Shown here in pieces: positions 11,351-23,796 of a stretch of 64,000 nt of DNA. Source of the stretch: Malacoraja senta (Eukaryota). The notes beneath the pieces were generated by a model. The model did not search any database, was not told the DNA's origin, and saw only the letters and a list, made by a program, of their open reading frames with translations. The translations under genes and the position numbers were made by a program. Numbering within the stretch: the first letter of the stretch is position 1; each line of letters starts with the position of its first letter. The DNA is taken from NCBI GenBank assembly GCA_038087875.1, contig JAXLNO010000335.1:1-64000 (forward strand). Direction: 5' to 3'.

Positions 11351-13319
11351 GTTAGCGTGACTGCACCCTCACTGCCCATCACTCACACACACACCGTCAC
11401 TGCTCCTCCAGCGGTGCAGCGGGTAGAGCCGCTTGCCTCACCGCACCAGAGACCCAGGTTCGATCCTGACCTCGGCTGATGTCATTGAGGTGTTTGCACG
11501 GTCTCCCTGTGACCGCCCACATGCCCACGTTTTCAGTTTAGTTTATTGTCACGTGTACAGTGCAAAGCGTTTGTTGCGTGCTGTCCAGTCAGTGCGGGTT
11601 TGTAGGTTAATCTAACTCTGTAAGTTGCCCCTCGTGTACAGGGGGTGGACGAGACAGTGTTCAAACATGGAACTAGTGTCAACGGGTGATCGCTGGTCGG
11701 CACGCACTCGGTGGGCCGAAGGGCCTGTTTCCATGCTGCATCTTCCAAACTAAACTCGGGTTCCATCCCAACCAGGGAGTCGCATTGCGGCTTTATAAAA
11801 CTTTTGGAGTAGACAATAGACAATAGACAATAGGTGCAGGAGTAGGCCAATTGGCCCTTTGAGCCAGCACCGCCATTTAATGTGATCATGGCTGATCATC
11901 CCCAATCAGTACCCCGTTCCTGCCTTCTCCCCATATCCCCTGACTCCGCTATCTTTAAGAGCCCTATCTAGCTCTCTCTTGAAAGCATCCAGAGAACCTG
12001 CCTCCACCGCCCTCTGAGGCAGAGAATTCCACAGACTCACAACTCTCTGTGAGAAAAAGTGTTTCCTCGTCTCCGTTCTAAATGGCTTGCTCCTTATTCT
12101 TAAACTGTGGCCCCTGGTTCTGGACTCCCCCAACAACGGGAACATGTTTCCTGCCTCTAGTGTGTCCAGACAATATTGTGTACAGTTCTGGCTGCCCCAA
12201 TTCAAGATAGATCTGGATCCCTATGGAGAGGGTGCAGATGAATTTCACCAGAATACTGCTTGGATTAGCGAAAAGGAACTGCAGATGCTGGTTTACAAAA
12301 AAGTTCTGGAGTAAATCAACAGGCCATTAGTTACAGGGAGAGGTAGGACAAACGTTATTTTTCTTTGAATTGTCAGAGGTTGAGGGGAGACCGAATAGAA
12401 GTTTATAAAATGATGTCATTGATAGAGTGAGCAGTCAGAACCTTTCTCTCTGGATGTAAATGTCAGACTAGAGGGCATAGCTGTAAATGGCCCCAAGGTG
12501 TGTCAGGGGACAGTTCTTTTATGGATCTGGGGGGGAAAAAGGAGATTTTAGTTTTAGAGACACCACATGGAAACAGGCTGCTCGGCCCACCGAATCCACA
12601 TCGATCTCCAGTCCACACTGGTTCTATGTTCTCCCACTACTGCATCCACTCCCTACACACTAGGGGGCAACATACGGAGGGCCGATTAACCTACAAACCC
12701 GCACGCCTTTGGGATATCGAAGGAAACCGGAGTGCCCGGAGGAAACCCACGCGGTCACAGGGAGGACGTGCAAACTCCACGCACACAGGCAGTACCCGAG
12801 GTCAGGATCGAACTCGGGTCTCTAGCGCTGCGAGGTGGCGGCTTTACCATCTGTGCCAACGTGCCGGCACCTTCTTGCGGACCAGACCAAGCTGTGATGC
12901 GTCACAAGTTCACAGTTATAGTAGAATTAGGCCATTCGGCCCATCAAGTCCACTCCACCATTCAATCATGGCTGATCTCTGCCTCCTAATCCCATTTTCC
13001 TGCCGTCTCCCCATAACCCCTGACACCCGTTCTAATCAAGAATCTGTCTATCTCTGCCGTAAAAATATCTACTGACTTGACCTCCACATCCCTCTGTGGC
13101 AATGAGTTCCACAGTTTCACCGCCCTCTGGCTGAAGAAGTTCCTCCTCACCTCCTTTCTAAAAGAGCATCCCGTAAAGATTCTTTCTATGGGAGATATCG
13201 GTAACAGCCCTTGGAGACATGCCGAATTTCCTGAGGAGGTGTTCGTCCTGAGGTGCATGTAGTTTGGAGGGATTGTTCCCATTTCCTAATGGAGTATAGA
13301 ACAGTCCTACATGAGAATG

Positions 13320-13628
13320 GGGCGGCACGGTGGCGCAGCAGTAGAGTTGCTGCCTCACAGCGCCAGAGACCCGGGTTTGATCCTGACTACGGGTGCGGTC
13401 TGTACGGAGTTTGTACGTTCTCCCCGTGACCTGCCTGGGTTTTCTCCGGGTGCTCCGGTTAACCTCCCACATCCCAAAGACATACAGACTTGGAGGTTAA
13501 TTGGCTTTGGTAAAAATTGCAAATTCCCCTTAGTGTGTGTAGGATAGTGCTAGTGTACGGGGATCGCCGGTCAGCACACACCACGGTGGGCCGAAGGGCC
13601 TGTTCTGCGCTGTATCGCTAAAGTCCAA
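13320..13628 (+). mobile_element. tRNA-derived SINE (HE1/V-SINE-like), near complete
   Basis: GGCACGGTGGCGCAGCAGTAG A-box region, GGTTTGATCC B box, conserved core and tail. Confidence 0.85.
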
Positions 13629-13934
13629 AGAGCAGGCCCTTCAGCCCACAATGTCTGTGTTGTGGGACTATCCCAACATTTAAGAAACAGTCAGACAGGT
13701 ACATGGATAGGACAGGTTTTGAGGGATATGGACCAAAGGCGGGCAGGTGGGACTAGTGTAGCTGGGCAAGTTGGGCTGAAGGGCCTGTTTCCACGCTGTA
13801 TCGTTCTATGGTGGTGAAGGATCAGGGATTTGGGAGCTGCTGAGTTTGGTGATTGGACAGGTGAGGCTGGGGATGGGGATGGGGGATGGGGGATGGAGGT
13901 GAGCGCGCTGGTGATCAGTGTCTTCTCGTTGCAG

Positions 13935-14299
13935 GGGAGAGCCCACCCACGGGTGGTGGCTCAAAGAGCAAGAAGGTCCTCATCGTGTGTGGATCTGCCG
14001 TGGTTGGCCTGAAGGAGAGGTCGCAGGGGAAGGGCTCCCCTCAGCGGCCCGCTGCTGCCCGCCAGACCCAGCTCTTCACCCGCCTGCCCAAGCCCCCGCC
14101 CGCCCCCAAGCCCGCCCGCCCCAGCGCCCGCAAGAGGCCAGTCTCCGCCTGTGAGCCCGGCGGCGGCGGCGGCGGGGGTCTGGGCCGGAAGACCCCGGGG
14201 GCCACCCAAGGGCGGTCCCGCTGCCTGCAGCTCTCCCGCACCGCCCACCGCCTCGCCCCCCTGCCCGATTACCTGCCCCCTCGGATGAAGGGCTGCTAG
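13935..14299 (+). CDS. TSSK5: TSSK5-like kinase terminal coding exon (Pro/Gly/basic tail)
   Basis: ttgcag| acceptor in the phase left by the previous exon; reads (G)ESPPTGGGSKSKK...LPPRMKGC*, followed by AATAAA about 100 nt after the stop. Confidence 0.7.
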
Positions 14300-14395
14300 G
14301 GCATCGACCCCCCCCTCCCCCACCCCTCTCACCCCCTCCTCCCATCTCCCTCTGTTATATGGACCCCCAAATTCTTGTATCAAGAGACGTTGACC

Positions 14396-14401
14396 AATAA
14401 A
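14396..14401 (+). terminator. Polyadenylation signal of the TSSK5-like gene
   Basis: AATAAA 97 nt downstream of TAG in unique sequence. Confidence 0.65.
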
Positions 14402-15415
14402 AAGCTGCAAATGGCAACCAGTCAGTGTGCCGGGTCTGATTCTTCATTCTGAGCCGTCCGATAGAACTTTGTGTTGATCGGCCAACAGTCAAAAAACACA
14501 AGATACGTGAAATTAAAGTGACGAGTGGAAAGGATTGGGGATGTGCAAAGATTGGAGGGGGAGAGGAGAGCGGTCCGTCTACCCCAAGACAGAAGGGGGA
14601 GGAGTTGTACAGTTTGACAGCCACAGCGAAGAAGGATCTCCTGTGGCGTTCTGTCCTGCATCTTGGTGGAACCAGTCTGTTGCTGAAGGTGCTCCTCAGG
14701 TTGACAATAGACAATAGACAATGGGTGCAGGAGTAGGCCATTCGGGCCTTCGAGCCTGCACCGCCATTCAATGTGATCATGGCGGATCATCTCCAATCAG
14801 TACCCCATCGTTGACCAATGCGTCATGGAGGGGGTGAGCTGTAGTAGCCCAAGATGCTCCGCAGTTTGAGGGGCATGGTACAGGGATGGTAACAGGCCCT
14901 TCGGCCCATCGGGTCAAGCCTTGCCCAGTTTAATGCCACGTGCACAAGTAGGGTGAGGTCGCAGCAGCATCGCAGGTACAAAGACTCCGACAAACACACA
15001 AAGACATAAGGTGTGGAAACAAGGAACTGCAGATGCTGGCTTTTCAAAAAAAGACACAAAGTGCTGGAGTACCTCAGAGGGTCAGACAGCATCACTGGAG
15101 GGCACGCAAAGGCAACGTTTCGGGTCGGGACCCTTCTTCTGATGAAGAGTCTCGATCCAAAACGTCACCTATCCATGGTCTCCACAGATGCTGCCTGACC
15201 CACTGAGTTATTCCAGCACTTGGTGTCTTCTTTTTACACAAAAACTTAAGTTGCACAGAAAATTTCCAAAAGATGAAGGATAACGCAGGAAAAATAAAAC
15301 ATTAGTACCAAACACAATTAGAAAGCTGCTGTGGACGTCAAGTTATTAGATATTTTTAAGGAGTAGATTAGTGAGGGTGTCAAGGGTGGCTTGGAAAAAA
15401 AAGAACCACCAGGTG

Positions 15416-16083
15416 GCGCCAGCAATGGCTGCCTCGCCAACAGTCTGTCTGTCCTTTCCTTCTTTGTGTTTTAATAGTATGTGTTAAATGTATGTTTTTA
15501 GTGTTCTTTAGCTTGTTTTATGTGGGGGGGTGGCGTGAGGGGGAGTTGGGGAGACTTTTTCTAATCGCTTACCTCGACGGAGATGCGACATTTTTCCGTA
15601 TCGTATCTCCGTCCGCACCGCGGCCTAACACGGTGGAGTTGGCGGCCTTCGCTGGAGACCGATCATGAGAGCTCCACCGCGGCAGCCTGCACACTTTAAC
15701 ATCATGGAGCCCGCGATCCCTTTGCCAGGGGTCGACCTCGGATCTGCAACCGCAGGTGCTTGCGGACTTAACATCACGGAGCCCGCGGTGTCTGGTCAGA
15801 GACCGACTTCAGGAACGCTGAGCCGCGGGAGTTTCGAACGCACCGACGCGGGAGCTTCGACCGCCCCGATGGATGGTTCGACTGCCCCGACCACGGGAGA
15901 ATGAAGAGGACAAGTTGGACTCTTTTGCCTTCCATCACAGTGAGGAACGTGGTGGATCTTTATGTTAACTTTGATGTAGTTGTGTGTCTTGTTGCTTTTC
16001 TTTCTGAATGGCTGTATGGTAATTCGTATATTACTGTACCTTAATTGGTACATGTGACAATAAAAGACCTTTGAAACCTTTGA
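15416..16083 (+). mobile_element. Unclassified SINE-like/non-autonomous retroelement
   Basis: Interrupts a CR1 tail; ends GTGACAATAAAAGA(CCTTTGAAA)2. Related inverted pieces lie at about 28000-28185, 44290-44460 and 45300-45510. Confidence 0.55.
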
Positions 16084-16201
16084 AGGGTTATGGGGAGAAG
16101 GCAGGAGAATGGGGTTGAGAGGGAAAGATAGATCAGCCATGATTGAATGGCGGGTAGACTCGACGGGCTGAATGGTCTAATTCTGCTTCGATCACTTAGG
16201 G

Positions 16202-17240
16202 CAGGGCTCTCCAAACTATGGCCCGTGGGCCACATCCGGCCCGCTATGAGATTTTATCCGGCCCGCAGCAAGCTCTTAACACGTCCCGTGCGGCGGGCTG
16301 TTTAGCGGGTTATGTGGTCGCGCAGCGTTAGAGATACAGCACGGAAACAGGCCCTTCGGCCCATCGAAGCAATGCCCTACACACTTGCACTATCCTACAC
16401 AAACTCGGGACAAATTCAATTAACCTGCAAACCTGTGGGAGGAATCCAGAGCACCCGGAGAGAACCCACGCAGGTACAAACTCCGTACAGACAGCACCTG
16501 TAGACAGGATGGAACCTGGGTCTCTGGCGCTGGGAGGCAGCAACTCTACCGCTGCACCACTGCTCCTGTGTTGCAAAGGTAAGTTGTGCGGGGTGGTAGC
16601 GTGGGGTGGGGTGGGGAGTGGAGCGAGGGGGAGTGGGGGAGCTAGTTGGCGGCAGGGTCGGAGTGTAGAGGTCTCCCCCCCTGAGGGTGACCCGTGTACA
16701 GCTCCTGCTCCGGGGCGCCACACTGACCTGGACACTTTGACCGGGCCTCCGCCAAAATGTGCCGGCGAGGCCAGGGGAATCCTCCCCAGCCCTCCCCTCC
16801 TCTCTCTCTCTCTCCCCTTTCACTCTCTCCCCCCCCCCCCCCCCCTCTCGCCAGCCCTGCGCAGATCGGCGGATCGGTAGCTGGCTCTGTATGTATGTGT
16901 GTGTGTCTGTGAGTATGTGTAGGTATGTGGGTCTATGTGTCTGTGTGTTTGGGTATGTGGGAGTCCACATGTGGGTGCGTTTCTATGTGTGTGTGTGTCA
17001 GTGTGTGTGGGTGTGTGTGTCAGTATGTCTGTGTCTCAGTGTGTCTGTGTCAGTGTGTGTGTGTCAGTATGTGTGTGTCTCAGTGTGTCTGTGTGTCAGT
17101 GTGTGTGTGTGTCAGTGTGTGTGTGTGTCAGTGTGTGTGTGTCCGTATGTGTGTGTGTGTGTGTCTGTGTGTCAGTATGTGTGTGTGTCAGTTTGTGTTT
17201 GTGTGTGTGGCCCTCATGCTGAAAAGTTTGGAGGTCCCTG
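16202..17240. mobile_element. Non-autonomous hAT (Charlie/Buster-type) transposon
   Basis: TIRs CAGGGCTCTCCAAACT / CAGGGACCTCCAAACT; perfect 8-bp TSD ACTTAGGG at 16194-16201 and 17241-17248 (NNNTANNN); GGCCCG subterminal repeats; nested SINE and GT-rich repeat inside. Confidence 0.9.
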
Positions 17241-17540
17241 ACTTAGGGAATCAAGTCCATGGTCATGCAAGAGGTGATCTGTAGTGTTAAAGAAGGAACT
17301 GCAGATGCTGGAAAATCGAAGGTACACAAAAATGCTGGAGAAACTCAGCGGGTGAGGCAGCATCTATGGAGCGAAGGAAATAGGCAACGTTTCGGGCCGA
17401 AACCCTTCTTCAGACGATCTGTAGTGTTCCACAGCTGAGGTAGGATTAGGGTTGTCCAAAAAACCTGTTGGTTGTAGAACAGTAGCTATTCCTGAACCTT
17501 GTGGTGTGTGACTTCAGGCTTCTGTACCTCCGACCCGACA

Positions 17541-17832
17541 GTGGCACAGCGGTAGAGTTGCTGCCTTACAGCGCTTGCAGTGCCAGAGACCCTGGTTCGA
17601 TCCCGACTACACGTGCTGTCTGTACGGAGTTTGTACGTTCTCCCCGTGACCTGCGTGGGTTTTCTCCGAGATCTTCGGTTTCCTCCCACACTCCAAAGAC
17701 GTACAGGTTTGTAGGTTAATTGGCTTTGCATTGTCCTAAGTGTGTGTAGGGTAGTGTGAATGTGCGGGATCGATGGTCGGTGCGGACTCAGTGGACCGAA
17801 GGGCCTGTTTCAGCGTTGTATCTCTAAACTAA
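17541..17832 (+). mobile_element. tRNA-derived SINE (HE1/V-SINE-like)
   Basis: A and B boxes, conserved core, TATCTCTAAACTAA end. Confidence 0.85.
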
Positions 17833-18152
17833 GTCGCAGAAGAGAAGAGGGCATGGCCCGGGCACTTGATGATAGATGCCACCAGCGTGCGCCTGGTGTC
17901 GATGCTATCGATGGAGGGGAGGACTGTGCCCGTGATGCAGGGGTGAAGACTGAAGTAAGGCTTTGACCTGCAACATTGCTGATTCATGATCTCCACGGAT
18001 GCTGCCTGACCCACAGAGTTTCTTCAGTACTTTGTGTCTTTGTTGAAGATTCCAGCAGCTACAGCTCCTTGCGTTTACAGATACCGGAGTCGGTACAGCC
18101 CGTACATACAATGCAACGTTTGGGAGACAGGTGGGATGGATTTGGCAACTAT

Positions 18153-19155
18153 AGGGAGGTTACACGACAGTCGAGGTCACGACCCGTGACCCGTACTGTT
18201 GCCACGCAACGGCAACTGGAGTACATGCGGTGAACTGCGGATGAGCATTTACTATGGCTGTCAGCACAGCGGGCCCTTCTTCTGGCCCAGCATCCGGACT
18301 GGTTGCACACTCACGGACCCCGGGCCGTCTATCCCCGCGGCCGGGGGTGGGGTGGGGGAGGAAGGAAGAGGTTGGGGTGGCGCTGGGTGGGTGGAGCAGA
18401 CCGTCCCCAACTCTGCTGCAGCAGACGTTGCCTGGAGCCGCAGCCCTGGCCCCTCGCCCCCCCGGCCCTTCTTCCCCCCTGCCCCCCCAGCCCCTCGCCC
18501 CCTCGGCCCTGCTCCACCCGGCCCCGGCCCTTCTTCCCCCCTGCCCCCTCGCCCCCCGGCCCTTCTTCCCCCCTGCCCCCCTGGCCCTGCTCCACCCGGC
18601 CCCGGCCCTTCTTCCCCCCTGCCCCTCGCCCCCTCGGCCCTGCTCCACCCAGCCCTTCTTCCCCCCTGCCCCCCTGGCCCCGGACCCTCGCCCCCGGCCC
18701 TTCTTCCCCTCTGCCCCTTGCCCCCCTGGCCCTGCTCCACCCGGCCCCGGCCCCTCTTCCCCCCCCCCGGCCCCGCTACACATGGCCCAGTGTGCGGGCG
18801 CTGCCGACCCACAGCCAGTGACAGTGCGGCCCACAGGGGGAGACGGGGCGGAGGGCGGCCGTGGCCGGACAGCGATGACCCCGGGGGGAGAGTGGGGGAT
18901 GTCCCGAGGGATGCGATCCTTCGGCCGCTTACACCTTGGTGCTCGGGTTCAGAGCAAACCTTCCCGCTTTCAATGATAGCACCCACAAATATTTACAGTG
19001 CAAAAAATGTCAATTTCGGCGTTTTTTTAACAGGTAAGAAGGTACGCGTCCCGTGTGTTAACAGTGTATGCCGGAAGCTGCCATGTCCTCCACATGGATT
19101 GAGCTGCTCCGTGCTTCACGCCCTTTGACCCGATGACCTAACGTGCAACCCCCCT
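18153..19155. mobile_element. Putative non-autonomous DNA transposon containing a GC-rich minisatellite
   Basis: Imperfect 14-bp TIRs AGGGAGGTTACACG / AGGGGGGTTGCACG, each flanked by AT; internal C-rich tandem repeat at about 18445-18775. Confidence 0.55.
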
Positions 19156-20114
19156 ATTGTCGATATCTTCTGCCCTGTGGGAACTCAGCTCACGACATCT
19201 TCACATCTTGCAGAGGTATCTGAATGAGTGAGTTAAACCCACTACACGTTGCCCTTGGTTGGTCTATACGCCGGGTGTTCAGGTTTACTCCCACATCACA
19301 AAGAGCAAAGGTGCGGGTTGTGGGTTAAATTGGCCCACAGTGTAGGATGAGAACGTGGGACAAATAGACCAAGTGTGAATGGGTGATGGATGGTCGGCGT
19401 GGACACGGCGGGCCCAAAGGGCCTGTTTCCATGCTGTCTTTCAATCAAAGCCTCGTAAAGCAACGCGATCGAGCTTGGAAGGCATTTTATTTACAACATT
19501 CATTGGTCAGGGAGTTAGGACGTTGCGTTACAGCTGTACGAGGCATTCTGAGACCACACTTGACATATCCTGCGCTGTTCTGGTTACCACACTACAGAAA
19601 GACTGCCATAGAGTCTTACGGCAAACGGCTGTCATAGTCAAACTGGCCACTCGGCCCAACTCATCCATGCCGACCAAAGTGTCCCAACAAGCTAGAGTGT
19701 GCAACAATCACAAAGATGGTGTCAGGACTGGAGGAGGGAGACTGGATGAGTTGGGACTGTTCTCAGAAACAGTTCAGAGGCTAATATGTAGGCACATGGA
19801 TCTGCAGGGATATGGATTATGTGCAGGCGGATACGAGATGGTCTTGGCATCATGTTCGGCACAGATGTAGTGGGCTGAAGGGCCTGTTCTTGTGCTGTAC
19901 TGTTGTATGTTTTTGCTGGAGCATAGGGGGCTGAGGGCTGACCTTGTAGAGCTTTACACAATCATGACAGGCATGGAAAAGGTGAATGGCCAGTCTTTCA
20001 ACCCCCCCCCCCCCAGGGTTAGGGATTGTAAAAGTAGAGAGCACAGGTTTAAGGTGAGAGGGAAAAGATTTCGAGGGCATGTTTTTCACCCAGCAGGTGG
20101 TGTCTATACAGAGG

Positions 20115-21306
20115 AAGTAAATGACGCAGTGCAGAGGTCCACGCGTTGTGTAAACACTCCGTTTAATAATTCACCGCAAACACGAGTTCAACTCCAACTG
20201 ACAATCCTTCTAAATCAGCCCGCCCCCCTGACCGGGCGATTTGTCGGCCCAGATCAGGCCTGGTCCACGTGAGAGTTCCAGCCCGACCATCGAAGGTTCG
20301 AGAGACATGTGGCTTGACCACAAGATGGCGCCACACGAGTGAGGCGGCCTGATCTCGTGTACACGTCTCCTGTGCTCGGGGTCACAACCGGCGGAGTTGA
20401 GGGCGGGTGCTGGCACGAAACGGTGGTAGAGGTTGACCAGTTCTACTTCTAGAACTCTTGAAGTAGAAGTTCAAGAGTTCTAGAAGTAGAACGATGGTCA
20501 ACTTCTACCATCGTAGAAGGTAAACTCTTGGAGTCCCTCCGCCGTAGAGGGTTTGGGAAACTGGAGAATGGCCTCGACCGGGACCGCAACGGCTGGTTGA
20601 TGTGGTGGCCGAGGAAACTGACACTTGGCAAGGTTGATGGCCAGGCCATGCTCGCTGAGCCGCTGGTAGAGCTGCCGGAGGTGTGCGCGGTGCTCCTGGC
20701 GAAAACGGCCGGCGACGGGGAGGTAAGGTAAATGAACGTCAAGGTAAATGAACAAGAAATCCAGCCTGCGGCCCACCGTGTCCATGAGCCGTTGGAAAGC
20801 CTGGGCGGCGTTCTAGAGGCCGAAAGGCATCCGTAGGAACTCGAAGAGCCCGAAAGGGGTGATGATAGCCGTCTTGGGGATGTCTTGGGGACTGGAATTT
20901 GCCAGGTCGATTTTGGGAAAAATCTTGGCACCGTCCAAATTGGCCGTGAAGTCCTGGATGCGACGTCGTTGAGACGGCGGTAGTCTCCACAGGGTCTCCA
21001 GCCCCCAGACGCTTTGGGGACCAGGTGAAGCGGGGATGCCCACGGGCTGTCTGTGGCCCACGGGCACAATGCCCATTTCCTCCATCCTGCAGAACTCGTC
21101 CTTGGCCAGTTGGAGCTTGTCTGGGGGCAGCCTGCGTGCCGGTGAATGGAGTAGCGGTCCGGTGGTGGGGATAGGGTGCTTTGAAATCCAACTGCCAATC
21201 AGCCCGCCCCCCTGACTGGCCCAGATCACACCCCGGTCCACGTGACAGATCGAGCCCGACCATGTAAGGTTCGAGAGACGTGGCTTGACCACAAGATGGC
21301 GCCACA
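20115..21306 (-). mobile_element. Internally deleted Gypsy LTR-retrotransposon relic
   Basis: RT fragments SPWASPLHLVPK..WRPCGDYRRLN, PKTAIITPFGLFEFLRMPFGL and FIYLD; about 110-bp direct repeats at 20213-20335 and 21197-21306 starting TGTGGCGCC on -. Left boundary approximate. Confidence 0.8.
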
Positions 21307-22105
21307 GCAGGTACAATTACAACTTTACACAAGAGATACAGCTCGGAAACAGGTCCTTCGGCCCATCGAGTCTGCGCCGACCTGTACGCTTGCACCATCC
21401 TGCACACTAGGGCCAGTTTTCAATTTACAATTAAATTAAAAACCTGTACGTCTCTGGATTGTGGGAGGAAATTGGAGCACATGGTCACAGGGAGGACGTA
21501 CAAACTCCGCACAGACAGCACCCTTGGTCAGGATCAAACCCGGGTCTGTAAGGCAGCAACTCTACCGCTGCGCCACTGTGCTGCCTTCAATGTTGAAAAG
21601 ACATCTGGAAAGGTACATGGATCGGAAGGAGTTAAAGGGATATGGGCTAAATGCAGGCAAATTGAACCAAGTCTGCAAGACACATTGGTGGGCATGGGCG
21701 AGTTGGGCCGAAGGGCCTGTTTCTGTGCCGTATGACTATGCGTTCGTTGGTAAGGTTTTCCGGGGAAGTCTTTGAAGGGGAACCAGGCAAGCTGTTAACT
21801 TCAGTACAGATGAACAGAGGTGGGGCATTAATGTCTCCCTCATCAATAAAACCAAGGCCCGGCCCCTCCTGAAATAGAAGCGCAGAGGACAGGCCAGGCA
21901 GCGAAGCATCTCTGGAGAGAAAGAATGGGTGACGTTTCGGGTCGAGATCCTTTTTCAGGGTCTGAAGGGTCTCGATCCAAAACGTCACCCGTTCCTTTTC
22001 TCCAGAGATGCTGTCTGTCCCACTGAGTTACTCCAGCATTTTGTGTCCATCTTTGGTGTAAAGCAGCATCTGCAGTTCCTTCCTACACACGAGGCAAGGA
22101 AGCCG

Positions 22106-22285
22106 TCAGCTCTCCAGACCTGCTGGTGTTTTCCCCTCCTGGCCCTCTCCCTTCTGCTGCCTCTCCTCCTCCAGCAGCCTCTGCTCCTCTTCCTCCTGTT
22201 GCCTCAGCTTCCTCTCCACGTCCTCGGGGATCTGTACTTCCAGAAGGTTCTCCATGCCGGCCTCGGGCTCATCGGAGATCAGCAC
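22106..22285 (-). CDS. HGH1: HGH1 last coding exon
   Basis: ccag|VLISDEPEAGMENLLEVQIPEDVERKLRQQEEEEQRLLEEERQQKGEGQEGKTPAGLES*; matches the HGH1 C-terminal DEPE.GMENLLEV motif. Confidence 0.93.
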   Translation of the reverse strand: MLISDEPEAGMENLLEVQIPEDVERKLRQQEEEEQRLLEEERQQKGEGQEGKTPAGLES

Positions 22286-22807
22286 CTGGGTCGGGGGTGA
22301 GTGGGGGGGTCAGAGTGCCGGGAACGTTACCCGCTGTGGTCGAGAAGTCACATCACAGCCCCCAATATTGGAACCATCCGTCCACACCACCTCTCACACC
22401 CCCTCCCGAGCCCGGATTCACCCCGGCTTGCCCCCCCGGCCCCGGCCCCGGACCCTCGCCCCCCCGCACACGTGTTCAAATACTAAAACAGGCGACATTG
22501 TGAGATTCAGCAGGATCTTGATCGGCTGGGCAAGTGGGCCAAGGAGTGGCAAATGGAGTTTAATTCAGGTAAGTGCGATTTTGGAGAAGTCAAAGTTGGA
22601 GAGGACTTTCACAGTGAACGGTAGGACCATGGGGTGCGTGGTAGAACAGAAGGATCTAGGAGTACAGGAACATAGTTCCATGAAAGTGTCAGCACAGGTA
22701 GACAGGGCGGTGAAGAAGGCTATTGGCGTGTTGGGTCATCAGGGCTGTGATGTTGAAGTTGAGACGTTGCGTTACAAGATGTTGATGAGGCCTCATTCAG
22801 AGTTATT

Positions 22808-23094
22808 GGCCTGTCCTACTTTTTCGGTGATTGCCGTTGCAAGTGGCCGAAAATGTTCAACATGTTGAAAATCCAGAGGCGACCAGAAGGAGGTACGACT
22901 CTTTGGGTGACAGGAGACTACTCACGACCATACATGTTGCCGGAGTGTCGCCTCTATGGTCGTGAGTAGCCTCCTGTCACCCAAAGAGTCGTAGTGTCTT
23001 TCTGGTCTGGTCGCCGCTGGATTTTCAACATGTTGAACATTTTCGGCGACCTGCAACGAACTATCGCTGGAAAAGTCGCGTAAGTGGGACAGGC
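22808..23094. mobile_element. Fold-back MITE, PIF/Harbinger-like TIR family
   Basis: Ends GGCCTGTCCTACTT / AAGTGGGACAGGC; long internal inverted arms (about 22848-22932 vs 22954-23046); interrupts a CR1 fragment. Confidence 0.7.
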
Positions 23095-23673
23095 GCACAA
23101 TGGGTTCAGTTTTGGGCATCCTGCTTTTGGAAAGATGCCCTTAAGCTGGAAAGCATGCAGAGAAGATTGACAAGGATGTTGCTAGGATTCAAGGGCCTGA
23201 GCTATAAACGAAAGGTTGGGCAGGTCAGGACTTTATTCTTTGGAGGCTGAGAACTGATTCTTCTAGAGGTTACAAAATCATGAGGGGAATAGATATGGTG
23301 AACGCACACAATCTTTTACCCAGGGTGGGGGGGGGGGCAAGGACCAGGAGGCATAGGTTTAAGGTGAGAGGGGGAAAGTTTAATAGGCAGCTGAGGAGCA
23401 ACGTTTTCACTCTGAATGGTGTGGGTATGTGGAACGAGCTGCCTGAGGCAACTACAATAACAACATTTAAAAGGCATTTGAATAGGTACATGGATAGGGA
23501 AGGTTTAGAGGGATACGGAACAGACACGGGCAAATGGGATGACCTTACATGGACGGATTGGGCCAAAGGGCCTGTTTTTGTACTGTACTGTTGCCCAGGT
23601 GACTGGGAGAGACCAGCTGACACAGTGACTGATGCTGCTGCCCGAAGCAACCGCGGTCCCCACTGCGACTTAC

Positions 23674-23796
23674 CTCGATCAGCTTCAGGCAGGTTGCACC
23701 AACCTGCGGCTCCTCCTCCCAATTGTGTAGCTCCCTGAGGATCACATAGGCGTTCTTATCCCTCACCAACTTACGCCCGTTCTTGGTCGCCAGCAG
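23674..23796 (-). CDS. HGH1: HGH1 coding exon 5
   Basis: ccag|LLATKNGRKLVRDKNAYVILRELHNWEEEPQVGATCLKLIE|gtaagt; 123 nt. Confidence 0.93.

Noticed and set aside
13320..13395. tRNA-like sequence with A and B boxes
   Set aside because: It is a SINE head continuing into the SINE core and tail; no proper cloverleaf; many degenerate copies.
18160..19128. GC-rich Pro-rich ORFs / apparent CpG-island gene
   Set aside because: Open in most frames because of a C-rich tandem repeat; no recognisable domain; lies within a putative TIR element.
19486..19491. AATAAA on - strand as the HGH1 poly(A) signal
   Set aside because: It is 2.6 kb from the stop with several repeats in between; plausible but not supportable without transcript data.
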